DNA of 64,000 bases from an uncultured delta proteobacterium. Its GTDB lineage: Bacteria > Desulfobacterota > Desulfuromonadia > Geobacterales > Pseudopelobacteraceae. A model generated the notes under the pieces. It was not told the origin of the DNA and did not search any database. It was given only the letters and a program-made list of their open reading frames with translations. Shown here piece by piece: positions 46,594 to 54,375 of the stretch (within the stretch, counting starts at the first letter, position 1; each line of letters starts with the position of its first letter). A program made the position numbers and the translations under genes. The stretch lies in assembly GCA_963772835.1 (NCBI GenBank), contig CAVYYZ010000002.1, forward strand, positions 128,001 through 192,000, read 5' to 3'.

Positions 46594-46940
46594 CGGACAC
46601 AGCAAGCACCCCCTGCTGTAAGCTTTTCCCGGTCAAGGTCATCCTTTGATTTGCGATTGGGGGTTTCTCCTTCTCCGAGTAGCGCTATTAAAGTTAACGC
46701 CAATTTTGGGCGACTGGCATAATAGCACCGCTGCGCCCCGTCCTGTGCAAAGTCAACCAGCCGCGCGTTGCGCAACACGGTCAAATGTTGAGAGATATTC
46801 GACTGGGACGCCGGCAGAATATCCTGAATATCGGTCACACACTTGGTGCCCTTCAGTAACTCGGCGACAATCTGGAGGCGTGTTGGGTGAGCAAGGGCTT
46901 TGAGCAATTCGGCCCACTCGTTTGCAGTATTTAAATCCAC
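46590..46940 (-). CDS. ArsR/SmtB family transcriptional regulator
   Basis: LKALAHPTRLQI, CV.DI, SQSNISQHL..LR; GTG 46940 with AAGGAG RBS; C-terminal CC. Confidence 0.88.
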   Translation of the reverse strand: MDLNTANEWAELLKALAHPTRLQIVAELLKGTKCVTDIQDILPASQSNISQHLTVLRNARLVDFAQDGAQRCYYASRPKLALTLIALLGEGETPNRKSKDDLDREKLTAGGACCVR

Positions 46941-46953
46941 AGGATCTCCTTGC

Positions 46954-46978
46954 ACATATTCGAATATCCTAATGTCAA
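46954..46978 (-). promoter_or_regulatory. Putative ArsR operator/promoter
   Basis: Perfect palindrome ATATTCGAATAT (46956-46967) next to a - strand TTGACA (46978-46973). Confidence 0.55.
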
Positions 46979-47031
46979 CTAAATCAAGCAAAAGCAATTG
47001 AAACTTTTGTGAAAGCCTTCGTTTTGTATTC

Positions 47032-49288
47032 TCACAATACTCCATGTTTTTTCTGGAAATACCCGAGTAAAAGTAGGCCATTGAACACCACCAGCAGACT
47101 GCCACCCATATCGGCAAAAACCGCCATCCAGAGTGTTGCATAGCCACTGAGTGCCAGCGAGAAGAACACAACCTTGATACCAAGTGCCAAAAAGATATTC
47201 TGCTTCAAGATCGATGCGCAGCGCCGACTCAGCCCAATGAAACCGGCAATCTTGCGCGGATCGTCGTCCATGATTGCCACATCGGCTGTTTCCAGCGCAG
47301 TAGCGGTGCCGGCAGCACCCATGGCAAATCCGATGTCTGCCCGTGCCAAAGCAGGGGCATCGTTAATTCCGTCACCGACCATGCCGATTGCGCCATAGCG
47401 CTCTTTAAGCTCAGCGATTGCTGCTTGTTTGTTTTCCGGCATCATATTACCGCGGGCATCTTGAATCCCGAGGAGATCAGCAATTGCGCGGGCATTGGCC
47501 GAATTATCTCCCGTCAGCATTACCGGTTCGACGTGCAGCGCCCGGAGCATTGCCACCGCCTCCAAACTCTCAGCCCGAATCGTATCGGCTACACCAAACA
47601 GTGCAGCCGGACCGGAGACGGTGCACAGGATGACGGCGGTTTTTCCCGTATTTTCTATCACAGTGATTTTGTCTTCCAAATCAGGTGAGCAAATTGCTAA
47701 CTCTTCGACAAGATGGTGATTGCCAATATGCCACTGTTGGCCATCGATAGTGCCTTTGACACCGTGACCGTTCAGTACGCCAAAATTTTCTACCGGTAAC
47801 AGCCTGACATTCGGCTGTTGCTCCCGCCATCCGGCAACCAGGGCTTTAGCGACCGGATGAGTGCTATGGTCGTCAAGACTGGCCGCGATCAGCAAGGCCC
47901 GCTCAATCGGCATGTCGCCAAACGCGGACTGCGTCGGTCAACGCCAGTTTGCCATTGGTCAGCGTCCCGGTCTTGTCGAGTGCAACAGCTTTTAACAGAC
48001 CACCACCTTCGAGGTAGGTACCACCTTTGATAAGAATACCGTGCCGGGCTGCCGCCGTAAGTCCACTGACAACCGTGACCGGAGTGGACACCACCAGGGC
48101 GCAGGGACAGGCGATAACCAGCATCACGAGTGCTTTATAGAGCCAGTATGACCAGTCTCCGCCGATCAAGACCGGACCAAGAACCGCCACCGCAATGGCG
48201 AAGGCTACTACCGCCGGAGTGTAATAGTAAGCGAACTGATCGACAAAACGCTGCGTCGGGGCACGTTGTGATTGAGCGTCCTGAATGGCGGCGGCGATAC
48301 GAGCCAGAGTACTGTCACCGGCAACACTTGTTACAGTTGCTTCTACTACTCCATCGGTAACGATGCTGCCGGCAAACAGTGAGTCACCAACCTGTTTATC
48401 CACCGGCAGGCTTTCACCCGTGATCGGAGCCTGGTCGAGAGCAGCACGACCGGACTCGACTCGTGCATCAAGCGGAACTCGTGAACCGGTGCGAATCCGG
48501 ATACGACTACCGATACTAACTTCGGCTACCGGTTGTTCCTGCCAGTCATTATCGACTTTGACCTCAGCAAACTCCGGGGCCAGCGCAGCCAGCGATTTGA
48601 TGGCGTTACGAACCCGTTCCAGTGAAAGCGCTTCGATGGCCTCAGCTATGGCGAACAGAAAAATTACCATCGCCGCTTCCGGCCATTTACCGATGATGAT
48701 GGCACCAGCTGTCGCCAGTGACATCAGGAAATAGATGTTGAGGGTCATGTTTCGAAGCGCAATCCACCCTTTTTTAATTGTAGGGAGCCCTGCACTGAGG
48801 ATCGACACGACCGCTAAAACCAGCACCGGCCATGAAGCGTCCTGTCCTGTTGTCCAGGAGAAAACTTCGGCGCCGACCGCTGCAATTCCGCTGATGGCTA
48901 ACAACCATTTCTTTGTAGCACTCAGTCCCGAAGGTGCTTCCGATTGTGGTTCCCCACCTTCAAGCAGTCTCGGAGCCATGTCCAATTTTACCAGAGCGGA
49001 AACAATAGGCTGAGGATCGTCAAGCTGATGGTTCACCGTCAATTCGCGATCCAGGAGATTGAAATCAAGTCGAACAATGCCCAGCATTGGCCCCAGTTTA
49101 TTACGGATCAACTGCTCTTCTGTCGGGCAGTCCATGTTCTCGATGCGGTATCGCACCCGATTGGTGCCTTCGGGTAACGGGAGACGTATCGTTGCGGTGC
49201 AGTTTACTGTTGGAGAGACAGAACAACATTCGTCCGCACAAACATGGTGATGGATTAGCTCAGGTTTTTGCTTGTCATGCTGGTTCAT
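47032..49288 (-). pseudogene. cadA: Cd/Zn/Pb-type P1B ATPase (CadA/ZntA-like) with a +1 frameshift near 47926
   Basis: HMA MDCPTEE, TGES, CPC and DKTGT in ORF 47903-49288; HP, TGDN and GDGINDAPAL in ORF 47032-47913; removing one C from GTCCGCG restores LTDAVAFGDMP. Confidence 0.85.
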
Positions 49289-49316
49289 AGTGGCACACCT
49301 CCTCAGATGTGCTATC

Positions 49317-49347
49317 ATTAAACAGCCTGTACCTACTACAGGGTCAA
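49317..49347 (-). promoter_or_regulatory. MerR-type (CadR/PbrR) promoter-operator of the ATPase
   Basis: TTGACC-N19-TTTAAT with dyad CCTGTA-N5-TACAGG (49326-49342) in the long spacer. Confidence 0.85.
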
Positions 49348-49368
49348 GATATTTTTTTAGAGGTGCGT

Positions 49369-49806
49369 ATGAAAATCGGAGAACTGGCACAACGGAGCGG
49401 CTGCAAAGTTGAAACGGTGCGTTTTTACGAGCGGGAAGGCTTGTTGGAGGCACCGGAACGTGATGACAATGGTTACCGCAATTACACCAATGAGCATTTG
49501 GTGCAGCTCAACTTCATCCGCCATTGCCGTTTGTTGAACATGGGATTACCGGATGTGCGCATATTGCGCGGTTTACAAAGCCAACCCGAACTGGCTTGTG
49601 ATGAAATTAACCATTTAATCGATGGCAAAATAGAGCATGTCAAGCAACAGATCGGAGCACTTCATCTGTTAGAGCAGCAATTACAACTATTGCGAGACAC
49701 CTGCAATTCGGCCACACGTGTGGGCGAATGCGAGATATTACGTAATCTGGAGCAGGCTGCGGAGGGTAAGGATTGTTCTTGTCATCCACACAGTGAGGTG
49801 GATTGA
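49369..49806 (+). CDS. cadR: Cd(II)/Pb(II)-responsive MerR-family regulator
   Basis: MKIGELAQRSGCKVETVRFYE, FIRHCR, conserved Cys (C..C...CEIL), C-terminal CSCHPH; divergent from the ATPase. Confidence 0.85.
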   Translation: MKIGELAQRSGCKVETVRFYEREGLLEAPERDDNGYRNYTNEHLVQLNFIRHCRLLNMGLPDVRILRGLQSQPELACDEINHLIDGKIEHVKQQIGALHLLEQQLQLLRDTCNSATRVGECEILRNLEQAAEGKDCSCHPHSEVD

Positions 49807-49840
49807 GGGCATCGTATCTGTTTAAAAAATGCCCCATGTA

Positions 49841-50887
49841 TCAGTGAATGTGCCGATGATGGGTGTCAGGCCAGTGAACGTGTGTATGGGTCAGTCGCTC
49901 ATGCACATGAAACTGGTCGTGATGCTCCGAATCACCCTCCCCTTCATGGGGGTGACGGTGATGTTCATCTTGATCATGTGAGTGTTGGTGACGATGTGAG
50001 ACCGCTTCATGAATATGGGGATGCTCGTGCCGTTCACGGTAAAGACATAAAACACCCGCTATCATCAGCGCTGCAGCAAACCAGAATAATCCAGGCGGGT
50101 GCTCGTTTAGCAGAATCAGAGAGGCAAACACTCCGATGAACGGACCAATGGCAAAGTAGGTGCTGCTGCGAGCCGAACCGATTTTGCGAAGCGCTCCTAT
50201 AAACAACACAAGGCTGGCGCCATAACTGAACGCACCGATCAGAAGCGCACCGCCAACCTGCTGAACGTCAATTGTTCCGAAACCGAGTACAGCGGCAAGA
50301 ACGATGTTAAACAGTCCGGCACAGTATCCCTTGATGGCGGCAAGAGCCGTTGCCGGCAAATCATCCACGTCACGGGTCAGGTTATTGTCGATACCCCAGA
50401 AAATGCAGGCCAACAGCACCAGTATCCCCGAAGTTGAGAATGCCAAACTCTCTGGTGATTTGAGGATTATAAACGCTGAAGCCAGTACAATCAGAACCTT
50501 CCCGCCCCACACATACCGGCTTACATGTTCTTTGAAAATCAGCCAGGCGATGATGGTTGTGGCGACGGTCTCCAGATTCAGCAGCAGGGCTACTTCCGAG
50601 GCTCTGCCATATTTTATGCCATAGACAAGGCACAAGGGCGCAATGACGCCGCCCGCAAGCACAGCACCCAAGAGCTTGAGCCGATGGATGCGGGAGATGC
50701 TTCGTGTTTCCCGGAAGATATTTATGCGCTGCCGTACCAGGATGAAAGATAACCCGATGCCGGAGCCGAGGTAGAGCAGACCGGCCAGGAGTACGGGTGA
50801 CATTTCACCTATTACCATTTTGCACAACACAGGTGAGATTCCGAAGAGTAATGCCGAGAGTGTCGCTAGTAGAGGACCGTGGCTCAT
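49841..50887 (-). CDS. EamA/DMT transporter with His-rich C-terminal tail
   Basis: LYLGSG, LLNLE and WGIDNNLTR motifs; tail HEHPHIH...PDTHHRHIH. Confidence 0.85.
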   Translation of the reverse strand: MSHGPLLATLSALLFGISPVLCKMVIGEMSPVLLAGLLYLGSGIGLSFILVRQRINIFRETRSISRIHRLKLLGAVLAGGVIAPLCLVYGIKYGRASEVALLLNLETVATTIIAWLIFKEHVSRYVWGGKVLIVLASAFIILKSPESLAFSTSGILVLLACIFWGIDNNLTRDVDDLPATALAAIKGYCAGLFNIVLAAVLGFGTIDVQQVGGALLIGAFSYGASLVLFIGALRKIGSARSSTYFAIGPFIGVFASLILLNEHPPGLFWFAAALMIAGVLCLYRERHEHPHIHEAVSHRHQHSHDQDEHHRHPHEGEGDSEHHDQFHVHERLTHTHVHWPDTHHRHIH

Positions 50888-50895
50888 ATCGGCTC

Positions 50896-53871
50896 TTATC
50901 TGGATGGGGTTGTTATTGCCGCTTTGCGATTGGGGCGGGCTTTTGTCATTTTTGTAGTCTCGGTAACAGCCAGCGGTGCGGTCAACTGTTGATAGCGCTC
51001 GAACAGAAACGCCACCCGCTCGGCCTCAGTCTTGAAGGTGGTATTGCCATAGGCGGCATCAACAGCGCGATCAAGCGCCTGATGGGCCTTAACCAGCTCC
51101 GGCGGCATGGTCAGGGGATCGTAGAGATCGGCTAGGGTTGCGGTTCGACTCCGCTCACCGACCGGTCCCGCTCCCTGAGCGGAGTCGAAGGGAGAACTCA
51201 TGAATTTGGCGCGGGCGTCTAGGACGGCCTGCGCGGCGGTTTCGACATTCTCCCTCACCCGGCGCTCCGCGCCACCCTCTCCCGCTTGCGAGAGGGGGAT
51301 TTCCGGCCAGGGGAAGTTGTTGTAGACGATACCGGCAGAGTAGCGATAACGGCTTTCGAGACGTCCACAAACCGCCCGCATCCAGGCGTTGTGCATAGTT
51401 GAGGAGAGGATGCCGAAGTGGTAGAGGGTGGCGTTAGGAAGTATTTTCACTAGGTTGCTGCAAAATGTATCCGAAGTCAGAAATCCGCTAGGTATAAACT
51501 GCCGCCGCTCTGAGGACACTTCTGGGATTATCAGATAGTTGTCTTTTGGCATATTCTCGACATGAAACCGTGTCGGTGTTGCGGCTATCTTGCGAGTAGG
51601 GGCGCTCTTACTTTCGAGACGTACCAAGCGCACCGCTTCAACCCGCTTTAATGCCTCCGGCATGCGGCGCAGTTCTTCCGGAGGACAGTCCCCAAGCCAC
51701 AAACACCAGCGCTCGTAGCCGTTGATAAACTCGTAAGAGCCAAGCCAGCGCCGGAACCATTTTTCCGCAGCAGGTTCCAACTTGACAAATGCGTCCCTTT
51801 CTTCAGTGGAAAAGAGGTAGTTTCCACCGTCTATCGGTTTGTTGCCAATGCCGATTTCGGGAACACTACAAAGCGGTTTTGTGCGATTTTGCAGGGTTAC
51901 ATCCGGCCCATCCACCAGGTAGGGGTTGATATTACCGACTTTGACAGCATGCGGTTCGCTCTTGGGGGTGTCATAGTCGAAGAGCCATTTTTCTGTCACT
52001 TCCTGTAACCCGAAGCCGATGATGACGCAGTGTACAGCCGCTTTGCCACGTGCTTCGCTGTTCCATTGAAAGGTGCGGTGAGCAAAGTGAATACTGATTC
52101 CCCGGCGGAAGAGATCGGGCCAGAGGATGCCGACCTGCTCCCCTTGAGTGATGGAATTGGTGGAGACGAAGGCTGCTTTTATACTCCCCCTCCCTTGACG
52201 GGAGGGGGTTGGGGGGTGGGTGAAATCGCCAGTATCGTCACTGCTACCACTTCCCCCCCACCCTAACCCTCCCCCGCCGGGGGGGAGGGGATATATTTCT
52301 TCGGCACTCGCCATATACTCGGTCGCCTTGCGATACCAGCAGGCCACGTAATCCAGCACTCCGGCTCCCCTGGAACCGTGGAAAACAGCAGCGACCTCAT
52401 CTCGCTGGTTATTATCCAAAAACTTAGATCCCACAAACGGCGGATTCCCCAACAGATATGACAACTTCCAGGACGGCACCACATCATTCCAGTCAATCTT
52501 CAGGGCATTGCCATTAACAATATGCGGCGCCTTCTTGAGCGGCAGGCGGGCGAAGTACAGGCCGAACTCCTCCGATACTTTCAGGTTCATCTGGTGGTCG
52601 GTCAGCCAGAGCGCCACCTCGGCGATACGGGCCGGCCACTCCTCAATCTCAATGCCGTGGAATTGATCAACGTTGACGCCGATAAGCTGGAAAACATCCA
52701 GCATAAGCTGGTCGTTCTGACGCACCTGACGCAGTACTTCCAGCTCCAGCAGGCGCAGTTCACGGTAGGCGATAACCAGGAAGTTGCCGCAGCCGCAGGC
52801 CGGGTCGAAGAATGTCAGACGGGACAGTTTTTTCAGAAACTCGAAGAGCAGATTGCGGTTGCGCTTGATGCGATGGAATTCGGCCCACAGTTCATCCAGA
52901 AACAGCGGCCCGATCAGTTTGAGTATGTTGGTTTCGCTGGTGTAGTGAGCGCCAAGGTTACGCCGCGCCGTGGTGTCCATGATCGACTGAAAAAGCGAGC
53001 CGAAGATAGCTGGGCTGATGCGGCTCCAGTCCAGAGCGCAGCAGTCCAGCAGGGTTTCGCGCATGGCCCGGTCGCACGAGGTAATCGGCAGGACTTCGCT
53101 GAAAAGTTGACCGTTGACATAAGGGAAAGTTGCCATCTGTTCGTCAAGGGTTTTGGGGCGTTTTTCGGGCGAGGTGTCCAGCACTTGAAAGAGCTGCGCC
53201 AAGTGCATGCCGAGATCGCTGCCGTCTTCAGTGGTGCGCTGCTCCAGATAATCCTGAAACAGGCGGCGCTCAAAAAGTGCGGTATCCTCGGCAAACAGGC
53301 AGAACAACAGCCGGACCAGCAGTATTTCCAGGGCATGGCCGTTATACCCGGCCTCCTTGAACTGGTCGTGCAGCTTGCCCAGTTTTTCGGCGGCCAGCAC
53401 GTTGACCGGGTCCTGCTGGCCGAAGCTGCGGGTTTGGTAACCGGCGATGAAACCGAACAGACGGACGTGTTTGGAGAGTTCTGCTAGTGTAAAATCGTGC
53501 TGTTCGTTGCTGTCCAGATCAAATAACCGGAACCGCGCGAAATCTGAAACCAGCACATAGCGCGGCAGATCGCGTTCTTTCAGACCGGGAAAATAGTCAA
53601 ACGCCTGGCGGGCGGCACGTTCAAGATCCTTGCCGCGCGACTTGTGCTCGACCAGAAGCACCCCTTTCCAGAGCAGGTCAATAAAGCCGCCCTGACCATC
53701 ACCTTTCTTGACCGGCGCTTCAAAGGATGCCACCCGCCTTCTGGTTATACCAAATACATTGAAGAACCCGTCCCAGAAGCTCTTGGCTTCGGCATCTTCA
53801 GAGCTTTCCGAGGCCCATTCACGGCTGAAGGTCAGGGTGCGGTCACGTATTTCATTCCAGGAAAGCGGCAT
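50896..53871 (-). CDS. MmeI-family Type IIL restriction-modification enzyme (endonuclease-m6A MTase-TRD fusion)
   Basis: N-terminal FIDLLWKGVLLVEHKS (PD-ExK), GAHYT, FDPACGCGNF, GNPPF, STNSITQGEQV, GRLESRYRYS, TLADLYDP. Confidence 0.9.
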   Translation of the reverse strand: MPLSWNEIRDRTLTFSREWASESSEDAEAKSFWDGFFNVFGITRRRVASFEAPVKKGDGQGGFIDLLWKGVLLVEHKSRGKDLERAARQAFDYFPGLKERDLPRYVLVSDFARFRLFDLDSNEQHDFTLAELSKHVRLFGFIAGYQTRSFGQQDPVNVLAAEKLGKLHDQFKEAGYNGHALEILLVRLLFCLFAEDTALFERRLFQDYLEQRTTEDGSDLGMHLAQLFQVLDTSPEKRPKTLDEQMATFPYVNGQLFSEVLPITSCDRAMRETLLDCCALDWSRISPAIFGSLFQSIMDTTARRNLGAHYTSETNILKLIGPLFLDELWAEFHRIKRNRNLLFEFLKKLSRLTFFDPACGCGNFLVIAYRELRLLELEVLRQVRQNDQLMLDVFQLIGVNVDQFHGIEIEEWPARIAEVALWLTDHQMNLKVSEEFGLYFARLPLKKAPHIVNGNALKIDWNDVVPSWKLSYLLGNPPFVGSKFLDNNQRDEVAAVFHGSRGAGVLDYVACWYRKATEYMASAEEIYPLPPGGGGLGWGGSGSSDDTGDFTHPPTPSRQGRGSIKAAFVSTNSITQGEQVGILWPDLFRRGISIHFAHRTFQWNSEARGKAAVHCVIIGFGLQEVTEKWLFDYDTPKSEPHAVKVGNINPYLVDGPDVTLQNRTKPLCSVPEIGIGNKPIDGGNYLFSTEERDAFVKLEPAAEKWFRRWLGSYEFINGYERWCLWLGDCPPEELRRMPEALKRVEAVRLVRLESKSAPTRKIAATPTRFHVENMPKDNYLIIPEVSSERRQFIPSGFLTSDTFCSNLVKILPNATLYHFGILSSTMHNAWMRAVCGRLESRYRYSAGIVYNNFPWPEIPLSQAGEGGAERRVRENVETAAQAVLDARAKFMSSPFDSAQGAGPVGERSRTATLADLYDPLTMPPELVKAHQALDRAVDAAYGNTTFKTEAERVAFLFERYQQLTAPLAVTETTKMTKARPNRKAAITTPSR
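51142..51192. repeat. In-frame palindromic element C within the R-M gene
   Basis: Perfect 14-bp inverted repeat TTCGACTCCGCTCA (51144-51157) / TGAGCGGAGTCGAA (51176-51189); encodes PFDSAQGAGPVGERSRT. Confidence 0.85.
51252..51298. repeat. In-frame REP-like element B within the R-M gene
   Basis: CCCTCACCC-GGCGCTCCGCGCC-A-CCCTCTCCCGCTTGCGAGAGGG (two hairpins); encodes PLSQAGEGGAERRVR. Confidence 0.75.
52184..52291. repeat. In-frame inverted REP doublet (REPIN-like) element A within the R-M gene
   Basis: CCCCTCCC-TTGAC-GGGAGGGG-GTTGGGGGGTGGG facing an inverted related unit CCCCCCACCCTAA-CCCTCCCCC-GCCG-GGGGGGAGGGG; encodes PLPPGGGGLGWGG...HPPTPSRQGRG. Confidence 0.85.
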
Positions 53872-53910
53872 GGCGAGCCCTTAAAGATAATACTATGGAA
53901 AAGTGGCTTC

Positions 53911-53939
53911 AAAATAGCCGTGAAACACCAGGCCGTCAA
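53911..53939 (-). promoter_or_regulatory. Putative sigma70 promoter of the R-M gene
   Basis: TTGACG-N17-TATTTT upstream of ATG 53871. Confidence 0.5.
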
Positions 53940-54005
53940 GCGATATGGAACATAATAATATCACCCTGATTACAACATCGAATAACCAGTCTGGTAAACG
54001 TGCAG

Positions 54006-54347
54006 CTAAATAGCACCTTTTCCTCTTTCGTTAGTCCGAATCTTCACTACCTCATCAACTGTTGATACGAAAATTTTCCCATCACCGATATTACCGGTGT
54101 GGGCATACTTCTGGATTACGTTAACGACTTCATCAACCATCTCATCATCTACAACAACTTCCAGCTGAATGCGCGGCACGAATTCCACCATTTCGTAGAC
54201 AATCTTGTCTGCCGCATTCCGAGCCCTGCTTTTGCCAAAGCCTTTAATCTCGAAAATCGTCACTCCCGGCAAGCCCTCAATTTTATGAAGTTCCTCGGTT
54301 ACTTCCAGTAACTTTGACGGCCTGATTATCGCTTTTATCTCTTTCAT
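54006..54347 (-). CDS. P-II family protein linked to metal efflux
   Basis: MKEIKAIIRP, KGFG, TGNIGDGKIFV, IRTNERG. Confidence 0.88.
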   Translation of the reverse strand: MKEIKAIIRPSKLLEVTEELHKIEGLPGVTIFEIKGFGKSRARNAADKIVYEMVEFVPRIQLEVVVDDEMVDEVVNVIQKYAHTGNIGDGKIFVSTVDEVVKIRTNERGKGAI

Positions 54348-54375
54348 AAGGTTCTCCCGTTTCCTATCGATTAAA

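Noticed and set aside
46941..47183. N-terminal extension of ArsR in the ORF track (197 aa)
   Set aside because: It overlaps the ATPase 3' end and the operator; GTG 46940 with an AAGGAG RBS is the better start
50896..53871. BREX PglX or DISARM methylase assignment
   Set aside because: No pglZ, brxC or drm genes nearby; motifs fit a standalone MmeI-type enzyme
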